Assembly: GCA_016794595.1 (NCBI GenBank)
Contig: JAEUJN010000054.1
Coordinates: 24,595 to 88,594 of the forward strand
From: Kineosporiaceae bacterium
Lineage (GTDB): Bacteria; Actinomycetota; Actinomycetes; Actinomycetales; Kineosporiaceae
Reading direction: 5' to 3'
Length of the DNA: 64,000 nt
A program made the translations under genes and the position numbers. The notes under the pieces were generated by a model. That model was given only the letters and a program-made list of their open reading frames with translations. It was not told where the DNA came from and did no database searches. Each line of letters starts with the position of its first letter. Position 1 is the first letter of the stretch. Below are positions 40,871-49,498 of the stretch, piece by piece.

Positions 40871-41695
40871 TCAGATCCGGACCGTGCCGCGCGCCCCCAG
40901 TGGGGCGAGCGCCCCTGCCCGGTCCAGCGCGCGGGTGAGCGCCCAGCACCCGGCACCGGCGATCACCGCGCCCGAGATCACCGCGAGCACCACGTACGCG
41001 GTGATGTAGGACGCGGAGAACTCCGGGTAGTAGACGAAACTGTCCAGCAGGCCGACCGCCACTCCCGCGCCGGCGCCGGTGAGCAGGGCGGCCGGCAGCC
41101 CGAAGGCCCGGTAGAGCAGCAGGGCGAGCACGAACTCGGCACCCAGGCCCTCGATCAGCCCGTACCAGACCGTCGCGAACCCCCAGCTGTTGCCGAGCAG
41201 GGCCTCGACCACGGCCGCCACCAGTTCGACATACACGGCGGCCCCCGGGCGGCGGATCACCAGCCCGCCCAGGACACCGGGGACCAGCCACAATCCGGCC
41301 AGGATCGCCGAGGCGGGCGGGAAGAAGGACAAGGGAGCCGTCACCGTGTTCCAGGCCTGGGCCACCACCCACAGGAACAGGCCACCGGTCACGCCCAGCA
41401 CGCTGGCGATCACGATCTCGACCACCCGCCAGGGGCGGTGAGCCGCCAGCGCCCCGGTCAGCGTGATGCCGGTGAAGGCCACGACGAGTGCCGCGGGCAC
41501 GGTCAGCGTCGACAGCGGGGTGTCGAAGAGCGAGGTCGACTCGGGCAACCCGACCAGCCAGATGCTCGCGGCGATCACGAGGCTGATCGCGATCGCCAGC
41601 AGGTGTGCCCTGCGCAGACCGGGGGCCGTGGTGGTGACCGTCAGATCACCCGCCGCCGACGTGGCCACGGACCTGCCGGATCGTGGTGCTGACAT
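40871..41695 (-). CDS. ykoE: ECF substrate-binding (S) component, YkoE-like (thiamine-precursor type)
   Basis: IRRPGAAVYVELVAAVVEALLGNSWG and LIEGLGAEFV closely resemble B. subtilis YkoE as I remember it. There is a ~95-aa N-terminal extension with extra TM segments. The gene lies directly downstream of a TPP riboswitch. Confidence 0.8.
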   Translation of the reverse strand: MSAPRSGRSVATSAAGDLTVTTTAPGLRRAHLLAIAISLVIAASIWLVGLPESTSLFDTPLSTLTVPAALVVAFTGITLTGALAAHRPWRVVEIVIASVLGVTGGLFLWVVAQAWNTVTAPLSFFPPASAILAGLWLVPGVLGGLVIRRPGAAVYVELVAAVVEALLGNSWGFATVWYGLIEGLGAEFVLALLLYRAFGLPAALLTGAGAGVAVGLLDSFVYYPEFSASYITAYVVLAVISGAVIAGAGCWALTRALDRAGALAPLGARGTVRI

Positions 41696-41741
41696 GCTGT
41701 CCTCCCGGGGATCCGGGGGAACCGGTCGCCCGGCCGAGACT

Positions 41742-41830
41742 CGACTCCCTTCGCCGGCATGACCCGGATCAGGTTCGAGGGTCTGCGGTCGCCCGCACTC
41801 TCAGCGCCTCGTGTGGCGCTCCCCTGTCGC
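41742..41830 (-). promoter_or_regulatory. TPP (THI-box) riboswitch
   Basis: The minus-strand RNA reads CGACAGGGGAGCGCCACACGAGGCGCUGAGAGUGCGGGCGACCGCAGACCCUCGAACCUGAUCCGGGUCAUGCCGGCGAAGGGAGUCG. It contains the conserved CUGAGA, ACCUGAUCCGG.U.AUGCCGGCG.AGGGA elements and a P1 stem CGAC/GUCG. Confidence 0.92.
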
Positions 41831-41893
41831 AGCATCGACGGTACATGATGGGGTCTGGTGCGTCACCGGGAGCTGGAGGTCACCGTGGGGTCG

Positions 41894-42163
41894 ATGGTCT
41901 GGAAGGTGCTCGGAACCGGTGCCGCGGTACTGGCCGCCTCGGTGGCCGAGAAGGGCGTGACCAGCCTCTGGCGAGCGGCCACCGGCGAGGAGCCCCCGGT
42001 CAATCCCGAGGACCCGGACACCCACTGGTCCCAGGCCGTCACCTGGGCCGTGTTGTCCGGAGCCGCCATCGGCGTCGCCCGCCTGCTGGCCACCCGGCGC
42101 GCCGCCGCCTACTACCGCGCGTCCTCCGGCTCTCTGCCCCGGGCCCTCTCCCCTCGCCCGTGA
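41894..42163 (+). CDS. DUF4235 domain protein
   Basis: MVWKVLGTGAAVLAASVAEKGVTSLWRAATGEEPP...WSQAVTWAVLSGAAIGVARLLATR matches the remembered DUF4235 pattern. Start at the internal ATG 41894. Confidence 0.7.
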   Translation: MVWKVLGTGAAVLAASVAEKGVTSLWRAATGEEPPVNPEDPDTHWSQAVTWAVLSGAAIGVARLLATRRAAAYYRASSGSLPRALSPRP

Positions 42164-43402
42164 TCACACTGCGGTGATGCCGCCCCTGACCACTCGCCGG
42201 GCCAGCGGGACCCCGGGGCGATAGGCCAGGTGCACGTGGGACGGCGCATCGAGGATCACCAGATCCCCCCGGGCGCCCGGGGCCAGAACCCCGATGTCCT
42301 CGCGCCGCAGCGACCGAGCCCCGCCGGCCGTGGCCGACCACAGCGCCTCGGCCGGGGTCATCCGCATGGCGATCACCGCCAGGGCGATGCACAGCGGCAT
42401 CGAGGAGGTGTACGAGGACCCGGGATTGCAGTCCGTCGCCAGCGCCACCGTGACCCCCGCCGCGAGCAACCGGCGGGCATCCGGGTACGGCGACCGGGTC
42501 GACAGCTCCGCCCCCGGCAGCAGGGTGGCGACCACCCCCGCATCGGCCAGCGCCGCGACGTCCGCGTCGTCCAGATGGGTGCAGTGATCGGCCGAGGCGG
42601 CACCGACCTCCGCGGCCACCTGCACTCCCGGCCCGGGGCCGAGCTGGTTGGCGTGCACCCGCGGCGCCAGGCCGCGGGCCATGCCCGCCCGCAGGACGGC
42701 GCGCGCGGCGTCCGCGTCGAAGGCACCGCGCTCGCAGAACACGTCCACCCACCGCGCGTGCGGCGCGCAGGCGTCGAGCATCTCCCCCGTGACCAGGGCG
42801 ACGTAGTCGGCCACCGGGTCGAGCGCCGCGGTGAATTCCGGGGCCACCACGTGCGCCCCCAGGAACGTGGTCTCGGTGGTGAACTCGCCGGCCACGACCA
42901 GGGAGCGGGACTCATCGAGCGTGGTCAGCCCGTAGCCGGACTTGATCTCGACCGTGGTCGTGCCCTGACGGAGCATCTCGGCCACCAGCCGCGCGGTGGT
43001 GGACCGCAGGGTGCGGTCGTCGGCCGCCCGGGTGGCGGCCACCGTGGTCCTGATCCCCCCGGCGGCGTAGGGCACGCCCGTCATCCGGGCGGCGAACTCG
43101 GCGGCGCGGTCGCCCGCGAAGACCAGGTGGGCGTGCGCGTCGACGAACCCGGGCACGACCGAGGCGCCCTCGGCATCGATCCGGACGTCGGCGCCCGCGC
43201 CGTCCAGCTCCGACCGTTCGCCCACCCAGACCACCCGACCGGCCTCGATCACCACGGCGGCGTCCCGGACGATGCCCAGTCGCGCGAGGTCGGGCGGATC
43301 GTGCGGCCGGCGACGGCCGGGGTCGTTGGTCACCAGCTCACCGATGCCGGTGATCACCAGGCTGGAGCCGGCTGCTGACCCAGGGTTGCCGGTGGCGGAC
43401 AC
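42164..43402 (-). CDS. hutI: Imidazolonepropionase
   Basis: [28 protein letters not shown] and [11 protein letters not shown]. The start is uncertain (GTG 43402 or 43411; the track ORF begins at 43468). Confidence 0.92.
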   Translation of the reverse strand: MSATGNPGSAAGSSLVITGIGELVTNDPGRRRPHDPPDLARLGIVRDAAVVIEAGRVVWVGERSELDGAGADVRIDAEGASVVPGFVDAHAHLVFAGDRAAEFAARMTGVPYAAGGIRTTVAATRAADDRTLRSTTARLVAEMLRQGTTTVEIKSGYGLTTLDESRSLVVAGEFTTETTFLGAHVVAPEFTAALDPVADYVALVTGEMLDACAPHARWVDVFCERGAFDADAARAVLRAGMARGLAPRVHANQLGPGPGVQVAAEVGAASADHCTHLDDADVAALADAGVVATLLPGAELSTRSPYPDARRLLAAGVTVALATDCNPGSSYTSSMPLCIALAVIAMRMTPAEALWSATAGGARSLRREDIGVLAPGARGDLVILDAPSHVHLAYRPGVPLARRVVRGGITAV

Positions 43403-43560
43403 GCGCCCCACGGTAGGGCAGCCGAGGGCATGGCGGGCGGGTGGCGGCCAGGTGACGATCAGGTTCACCCCCGCAAGGAAAGGGCCGCCTTACCGGGGTG
43501 TTCACCGGCTGGTCGTCCAATGGGTACCTGCTGGTGGCCTGACCCGGACACCTTTCCCAG

Positions 43561-43962
43561 ATGCCTGCACGCTTCCAGTACTACCGCCACCAGAAGGGGT
43601 GGTACTGGCGGCTGCTCGGGGCCAACAACCGGACCATCGCCGTCGGACCCGACCCTTTCGCCGAGCGGACAGCCGCGGTCCGGGACTCCCTCGAGGTGTG
43701 CGTGCTGGCGATGCGAGCCGGGTTCGAGCTCTCCGAGGAGGGCCGCACCTGGTCTTGGTCGATGGTGGACCGCGGGCAGCCGCGCGCCGGCTCCCCCAAT
43801 CGCTACGGGCGCCGGATCGACTGCGAGCGGGCGGTCCGCCAGTTCCGTGACGCGGCCCGCGAGGCCCTGCGCGCCGCCCGCGAGGCCTCGCAGACCCGTG
43901 CCCCCACCCCGGTGGACGGGGGCCTCGCCACCACGACCGTGCCCGACACTTCTGTGTCGTGA
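43561..43962 (+). CDS. Tandem YegP/DUF1508-like protein
   Basis: Two repeats of the pattern FxxYxxxxGxWxWRL ... N...IA (ARFQYYRHQKGWYWRLLGANNRTIAV and a second, weaker repeat). Confidence 0.55.
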   Translation: MPARFQYYRHQKGWYWRLLGANNRTIAVGPDPFAERTAAVRDSLEVCVLAMRAGFELSEEGRTWSWSMVDRGQPRAGSPNRYGRRIDCERAVRQFRDAAREALRAAREASQTRAPTPVDGGLATTTVPDTSVS

Positions 43963-44912
43963 CCTCTGACGAGCCCCCGCCGCCCACCAGCCTCTCCTCC
44001 GCCCTCACCCGGGACGTGGTGATCCTCGACGGGGGGCTCGCCACCGAACTCGAACGGCGCGGGTTCGACGTGTCCTCCGACCTGTGGTCGGCCGCGCTGT
44101 TGCGTGATGCCCCGGCGGCGGTGCGGGACACCCATGCCGCCTACTTCCGAGCGGGCGCGCGCGTGGCCACCACGGCCAGCTACCAGGCCAGCTTCGAGGG
44201 GTTCGCGGCCGCCGGCCTCGACGCCGCCGAGGCCGAGCGGCTGATGCGGCGCTCGGTGGGGCTGGCCGCGCAGGCCCGCCACGACGAGGGCCTGGACGGC
44301 AGGGCGTGGGTCGCGGCGTCCGTCGGCCCGTACGGGGCGGTGCTCGCCGAGGGCCAGGAGTACACCGGTGACTACCCGGCCCCGCGCGACACCGTGGCCG
44401 GGTTGCGGGACTTTCACCGGGCCAGGCTGGAACTGCTGCTCGAGGCGGGAGCGGACGTGCTGGCCTGCGAGACGATCCCGCGGCTGGCCGAGGTCGAGGC
44501 CCTGGTCACCGAGCTGGACACCCTCGGCGCCACGGCCTGGATCTCGCTGACCACGGTCATCGACACCCAGGGCCGCGTCCGCACGCGCCGCGACGAGGAC
44601 GCCGGCGAGGCGTTCGCGCTCGCCGGCGCCGCGCCGTCCGTGGTGGCCGTGGGGGTGAACTGCACCGCTCCGGCCGGCGTCGAGGCCGCCGTGCGGCTGG
44701 CGGCCGAGCGATCGGGCAAGCCGGTGATCGCCTACCCGAACAGCGGGGAGACCTGGGACGGCGCCAACCGCCGGTGGGTCGGCGCGCCCGGACTGGACGG
44801 CGGGGACGTCGCCGACTGGATCAGCGGCGGGGCCCGGCTGGTGGGCGGGTGCTGCCGGATCGGACCGGAGGACATCGAGGCGCTCGCCGGCGCTGTCGGC
44901 CGCCTACGGTGA
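43959..44912 (+). CDS. mmuM: Homocysteine S-methyltransferase
   Basis: LDGGLATELERRGFDVSSDLWSA, VLACETIP, GVNC, and the C-terminal GGCCRIGP zinc site. GTGA overlap with the upstream gene. Confidence 0.9.
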   Translation: MTSDEPPPPTSLSSALTRDVVILDGGLATELERRGFDVSSDLWSAALLRDAPAAVRDTHAAYFRAGARVATTASYQASFEGFAAAGLDAAEAERLMRRSVGLAAQARHDEGLDGRAWVAASVGPYGAVLAEGQEYTGDYPAPRDTVAGLRDFHRARLELLLEAGADVLACETIPRLAEVEALVTELDTLGATAWISLTTVIDTQGRVRTRRDEDAGEAFALAGAAPSVVAVGVNCTAPAGVEAAVRLAAERSGKPVIAYPNSGETWDGANRRWVGAPGLDGGDVADWISGGARLVGGCCRIGPEDIEALAGAVGRLR

Positions 44913-44916
44913 GGGC

Positions 44917-46185
44917 ATGCGCGCAGGCATTGTCGTCACCGGAACCGAGGTGCTCACCGGGCGGGTGAGCGACCGGAACGGCCCCTGGATCGCCGATCGG
45001 CTGCTCGGCCTGGGGGTGGACGTGGGCCGCGTCGTGGTCGTCGGTGATCGTCCCGCGGACCTGCTGGCCGCGCTCGGGCAGCTGGCCGACGACCACGACC
45101 TGCTGGTCACCACCGGGGGACTCGGCCCGACCGCCGATGACCTGACGGCCGCCGTGGTGGCCGAGCACCAGGGGCGGGCGATGGTCCTCGACGAGGCCCT
45201 GCGGTCCCGGATCACGGCGATCGTGGACGGCGTGGTCGCCCAGCGTCGTCACCGGCCCGATCCGGCGGCGCTGGCGGCCGGCACCCACAAGCAGGCGATG
45301 GTGCCGGACGGCGCGGTGGTGCTCGCGCCGGTGGGCACCGCGCCGGGCCTGGTGGTCACGCCGGCCCCCGGGCGGGACGGCGTCCCGATCGTCGTGCTGC
45401 CCGGCCCGCCCGGCGAGCTGCGCGGGATGTGGCCGGATGCGCTGGCGGCCGCCCCGGTTCGGGCAGTGCTGGAGCGAGCCAGCCCCCTGACCCAGCGAAC
45501 GATCCGGATGTGGGGCAGTTGGGAGGCCGAGCTCGCCGTGACGCTGGAGCGGATCGCGGATCGGATCGAGGGGCTCGAGGTCACCACGTGTCTGCGCGAC
45601 GGTGAGCTCGAGGTGGTCACCCGGTACCGCCCGGAGTCCGCCGACCAGTACCCGACCCTGCAGGCGGCGATCGAGACCGATTTCGCCGCAACGGTCTTCA
45701 GCGTGGACGGGGGGTCGGTGGACGAGGTCGTGGCGGGCGCCCTGATCGATCGGGGATGGCGAATCGCCACCGCCGAGTCGTGCACCGGGGGGTTGCTGGC
45801 CGGCCGGCTCACCGCTCGTCCCGGATCCTCGGCGTACGTCGCCGGGGGCCTGGTGGTCTACGCCAACGAGGCGAAGACCACGCTGGCCGGCGTCCCCGCC
45901 GAATTGATCACCACCCATGGGGCCGTCAGCCGCGAGGTAGCCGAGGCCCTGGCCGCCGGGGCACGCGCAGCGCTGGGAACCGAGCTGGGCGTGGGGATCA
46001 CGGGCATCGCCGGGCCCGACGGCGGCACGAGGGACAAGCCGGTCGGCACCGTGCACGTCGCCGTGTCCTCACCCACCGGGTGCCGTCACCGTGAGCTGCA
46101 CCTGCCCGGCGACCGGGACGCCGTCCGGCAGCGCACGGTCGTGGTCGCCCTGCACGAGGTGCGGCTGCTGCTGACCCGCTCCTGA
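44917..46185 (+). CDS. cinA: CinA-family protein (MoCF-binding domain + nicotinamide-nucleotide amidohydrolase PncC domain)
   Basis: IVVTGTEVLTGRVSDRNGPW, TTGGLGPTADD, and the C-terminal TAESCTGGLLA ... GVGITGIAGPDGG. Confidence 0.9.
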   Translation: MRAGIVVTGTEVLTGRVSDRNGPWIADRLLGLGVDVGRVVVVGDRPADLLAALGQLADDHDLLVTTGGLGPTADDLTAAVVAEHQGRAMVLDEALRSRITAIVDGVVAQRRHRPDPAALAAGTHKQAMVPDGAVVLAPVGTAPGLVVTPAPGRDGVPIVVLPGPPGELRGMWPDALAAAPVRAVLERASPLTQRTIRMWGSWEAELAVTLERIADRIEGLEVTTCLRDGELEVVTRYRPESADQYPTLQAAIETDFAATVFSVDGGSVDEVVAGALIDRGWRIATAESCTGGLLAGRLTARPGSSAYVAGGLVVYANEAKTTLAGVPAELITTHGAVSREVAEALAAGARAALGTELGVGITGIAGPDGGTRDKPVGTVHVAVSSPTGCRHRELHLPGDRDAVRQRTVVVALHEVRLLLTRS

Positions 46186-46217
46186 CCTGACCTGACCTGG
46201 CGCGCTGCGCCGGCCCG

Positions 46218-46625
46218 TCAGCTCAGGACGAAGGCCGCCACGACCAGGGCGAGGGAAATCACGGCGAACACCACGCCCCCGACGATGTAGGTCCGCGACC
46301 TGGCCGGCCCGGTCAGCACGGTCTGCGGCCTGCGCGGGTCGTAGACCACGGCGATCGCCTTGTCGGTCGGGAAGGGGCGCACCGAGGCGGTATCGCCTAC
46401 GGCCCGAACCGATCTGCCGCGCTGGGTGCGGAAGGTGACCACCGGGTGATACACCACCCGGCCGCTCGGGTCCGTGGTCGAGCGGCTGTCCACGATGGTG
46501 CCGACCGCTCCCTCCCCCGTGCGGCGCAGTTCGGGTTCGGTGAGCCGGGAGCGCACTCCCGCGGCCACCATGCCGATCGCGCCCAGCAGCGGGAACAGCG
46601 ACACCCACAGAACGAAGGTCCTCAC
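46218..46625 (-). CDS. DUF3592-like membrane protein
   Basis: TM helix, a beta-rich segment (GTIVDSRSTTDPSGRVVYHPVVTFRT...AIAVVYDPRRP) and a second TM helix. GTG 46625 overlaps the MFS stop. Confidence 0.6.
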   Translation of the reverse strand: MRTFVLWVSLFPLLGAIGMVAAGVRSRLTEPELRRTGEGAVGTIVDSRSTTDPSGRVVYHPVVTFRTQRGRSVRAVGDTASVRPFPTDKAIAVVYDPRRPQTVLTGPARSRTYIVGGVVFAVISLALVVAAFVLS

Positions 46626-47854
46626 GGCAGTGAGGCTACGCGAGCCGGAACCTCCTCCGGCAGCCCGCTGGTGACCTTGCCGGGCACCCGGCGCCAGGCC
46701 AGGGGCACCGCGATCAGCAGGACCAGGGTGACCAGCATGACGCCGACGAAGGGCAGCCAGTCGGCGATGCCGAACGCGGCGCCGCACACCCCGGCCGAGA
46801 CCGCGACCGCCGCCGTCTGCACCGCCGTGAACACTCCCTGGGCGCGACCGGCCGCCTGGACCGGGACGTGTTGGGTGAGCAGTGACTGGGCAGCGGGGAC
46901 GGCGAACACGAAGCCCAGCGACTCGACCATGCCCAGCCCGATCAGCCAGGACACGCTGGGCAGGAAGGGGTACAGCCCGGCGAACAGGCTGCCGCTGAGC
47001 AGGCCGCCCATCACCAGCACCCGCCGGTCGCTGCGATCCGCGAGCCAGCCGGCGAACGGGGCCACCACGGCGAACGGGAGCGCGAACAGGGTCCACGACA
47101 GGCCGATCTGGGTCTCGCTGGCGCCGCGGGCATCCATCAGCAGCGACCAGCAGGCCTCGTAGACCCCGGTCAGCGTGCCCCCGACCACGGCCACCACCAG
47201 CACGCCGGCCAGCGCCCGCGCCGCCAGGCCGCGGCGGGGCAGGCGCGCGGCCGCGGCGTCCGGGTCACCGGCGAGTGCGGCCCCGGCGACCCGCGAGGCC
47301 AGTACGGGGATGCAGGCGAGCAGCGCGGCCCCGGCCGAGATCACGAACAGCACGCCCATGTGCTCGATGCCCACAGCGGCGCCGAGCATCGGGCCGGCCG
47401 CGATCCCGGCCAGCTCGGCTCCGCTGATCAGGGCGTAGGCCCGGCCACGGGCCTGCAGCGGGACGACCCGGGCGACCAGCGCGAGGCAGGCCACCTGGGC
47501 GGCCCCGGCCGCTGCTCCCTGGGCTCCGCGCAGAACGAGGTAGCCCCACCCGTTGACCTCGGCCAGGAATCCCGCGCTGGCGACGGCATAGCCGACCAAC
47601 CCGCCGACCAGGACGCGGCGGTGGCCGATCCGGTCCCCGAGGCGGCCGGACAGGTACTGGGCGACGACCCCGGTGGCGAAGAACGAGGCCATCACGGTGC
47701 CGATCAGCGCGGTCGAGGTACCGCGCCCGGACAGGTAGATCGGCAACAGGGGCAACACGGCCGAGGCGCCGGTCCACTGCAGGAAGACGGCGGCGGACAG
47801 GGCCAGCACCACCAGGGCACCACTGCCGGCGAGCAGGGAGCGCAGCGGTCTCAC
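46622..47854 (-). CDS. MFS transporter (drug-efflux-like)
   Basis: 12 TM helices and the motif GRLGDRIGHRRVLVGG. GTG 47854 overlaps the TetR stop. Only the last 411 codons of track ORF 46622..48469 are used. Confidence 0.85.
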   Translation of the reverse strand: MRPLRSLLAGSGALVVLALSAAVFLQWTGASAVLPLLPIYLSGRGTSTALIGTVMASFFATGVVAQYLSGRLGDRIGHRRVLVGGLVGYAVASAGFLAEVNGWGYLVLRGAQGAAAGAAQVACLALVARVVPLQARGRAYALISGAELAGIAAGPMLGAAVGIEHMGVLFVISAGAALLACIPVLASRVAGAALAGDPDAAAARLPRRGLAARALAGVLVVAVVGGTLTGVYEACWSLLMDARGASETQIGLSWTLFALPFAVVAPFAGWLADRSDRRVLVMGGLLSGSLFAGLYPFLPSVSWLIGLGMVESLGFVFAVPAAQSLLTQHVPVQAAGRAQGVFTAVQTAAVAVSAGVCGAAFGIADWLPFVGVMLVTLVLLIAVPLAWRRVPGKVTSGLPEEVPARVASLP

Positions 47855-48426
47855 GATTGCTCCCGGGGGGCATGGTCGACCAGCAGGCGCAGACGGTGGG
47901 CTACCTGCTCGCGGAGCTGGGGGGAGAGGCCGTCGATGCCGAACAACTCGCACAGCCACAACCCGTCGGCCGCGAGCCTGGCAATGGTCGCGGCCACCGG
48001 ATCGGCGGACTGCTCGATCTGGTGCTGCCAGCCGCCGAACGCGGCGCGCAGAGGGGCGAGCAGCGCCGGCTCCGCGGCGATCGCCGCGATCAGGGCCGAG
48101 CCCACCCGCTCCTCGTGCGGCACAGGTTCCCCCTCGGCCGGGGCGGCGAGGCACTCCTCGAGGTAGGCCCGGGCGAAGGAGTAGTGGGGATGCGCGGCGC
48201 GCACGTCGTCCATGCCGGCCTGGAAGCGGGTGGCGAGCCGTTCGACCATGGCCGCGACCAGGTCGTTGCGGGTCGCGAAGTGGTAGAGCACGCCACCCTT
48301 GCTGACTCCCGCCCGTGCAGCGGCCTTCTCCAGGGTCAGTCTGGCCACGCCATCGGCGATCACCACGTCCTCGGCAGCTCGCAGGATCAGCTCCCGCGTC
48401 GTCGCACTGTCCCGCTTCCTCGCCAC
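47851..48426 (-). CDS. TetR/AcrR-family transcriptional regulator
   Basis: N-terminal HTH: TRELILRAAEDVVIADGVARLTLEKAAARAGVSKGGVLYHF. Confidence 0.92.
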   Translation of the reverse strand: MARKRDSATTRELILRAAEDVVIADGVARLTLEKAAARAGVSKGGVLYHFATRNDLVAAMVERLATRFQAGMDDVRAAHPHYSFARAYLEECLAAPAEGEPVPHEERVGSALIAAIAAEPALLAPLRAAFGGWQHQIEQSADPVAATIARLAADGLWLCELFGIDGLSPQLREQVAHRLRLLVDHAPREQS

Positions 48427-48448
48427 CCCGCAACGCTACCACCAACTG

Positions 48449-48464
48449 TACCGTCCAGACGGTA
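48449..48464. promoter_or_regulatory. Candidate TetR operator palindrome
   Basis: TACCGTC-CA-GACGGTA (7-bp perfect arms), 23-38 bp upstream of the tetR ATG. Confidence 0.55.
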
Positions 48465-48470
48465 AACATC

Positions 48471-48580
48471 CCCCAACCTGCTCATGCTCCGCAGCCGACC
48501 CGTCATGCTCCGCGGGTGAGGTGTTGACATCGTTGTCGGACGACGCCGCGCGTCACCCACGGAGCATGAGCAGGTTGGGG
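48471..48580. repeat. Copy B of the ~105-bp palindromic intergenic element
   Basis: The ends are CCCCAACCTGCTCATGCTCCG ... CGGAGCATGAGCAGGTTGGGG. A second TCATGCTCCGC unit lies exactly 21 bp after the first. The core is TGACATCGTTGTC. Confidence 0.8.
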
Positions 48581-48614
48581 ACGCCGGTCGGGCGGCGGGC
48601 GGGGGGCGGCGAGG

Positions 48615-49487
48615 TCAGCGGGCGGTGATCGCCTCGTGGAAGGCCAGCACGCGACGGGCCGTGTCGACGTGCAGGTTCTCGACCATGCGGCCGTTGTGCA
48701 CCACCACGCCCTTGCCCTCGGCGTTGGCCGCCTCGAAGGTGGCGATCAGCGCCCGGGCATCCTCGACGGCCGCCTCGGACGGCGCCCAGGCCTCGTTGCA
48801 CGGCCCGATCTGCCCCGGGTGGATCAGGGTTTTGCCGTCGAAGCCCAACTCCACGCCCTGGCGGCACTCGGCGGCGAAACCCTCGGCGTTCTTCACGTCG
48901 TTGTAGACCCCGTCGAGGATCGCCTTGCCGGTCGCCCGCGCGGCGAGCAGGCACAGCCCGAGCCCGGTCAGCAACGGCTGGCGGCCCGGGACATGTTCGG
49001 CGCGAAGCTCTTTGGCCAGGTCATTCGTTCCCATCACCAGCACGGCGAGTCGCTCGCTGGCGGCCGCGATCTGCTCGCAGTACAACATCGCGATCGGGGT
49101 CTCGACCATCGCCCAGATGAAGGTGTGGTCCGGCGCGCCGGCCGCCTCCATCGCGGCCTCGATGGTGCGCACGTCCTGCACGGAGGAGACCTTGGGGACG
49201 ACGATCCCACCCGGCCCGGCCTGGCTCGCCGCGACGATGTCGTCGGCAAACCAGTCGGTGTCCAGGCCGTTCACCCGGATGGTGAGCTCCTTGCGGCCGT
49301 ACTCCCCCGAGGTCGCCGCCGCGCAGACGCGTTCGCGCGCATCGGCTTTGCCGTCCGGAGCCACCGAGTCCTCGAGATCGAGGATCAGCGCGTCGGCGTC
49401 CAGGGCCTTGGCCTTCTCGAGTGCTCGTTCGTTGGCGCCGGGCATGTACAGCACGCTGCGCCGCGGGGTGAGGCTGGGGTCGGTCAC
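48615..49487 (-). CDS. HpcH/HpaI aldolase / CitE-like acyl-CoA lyase or thioesterase
   Basis: RSVLYMPGANERALEKAKALDADALILDLEDSVAP, MVETP, IHPGQI. Confidence 0.85.
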   Translation of the reverse strand: MTDPSLTPRRSVLYMPGANERALEKAKALDADALILDLEDSVAPDGKADARERVCAAATSGEYGRKELTIRVNGLDTDWFADDIVAASQAGPGGIVVPKVSSVQDVRTIEAAMEAAGAPDHTFIWAMVETPIAMLYCEQIAAASERLAVLVMGTNDLAKELRAEHVPGRQPLLTGLGLCLLAARATGKAILDGVYNDVKNAEGFAAECRQGVELGFDGKTLIHPGQIGPCNEAWAPSEAAVEDARALIATFEAANAEGKGVVVHNGRMVENLHVDTARRVLAFHEAITAR

Positions 49488-49498
49488 GCTGGTCTCCT

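Noticed and set aside
46181-46200. CCTGA x3 pentanucleotide repeat right after cinA
   Set aside because: It is tiny. It places TGA in all three frames after the cinA stop and precedes a small GGCGC-GCT-GCGCC hairpin. This is plausibly just terminator context and not a meaningful repeat.
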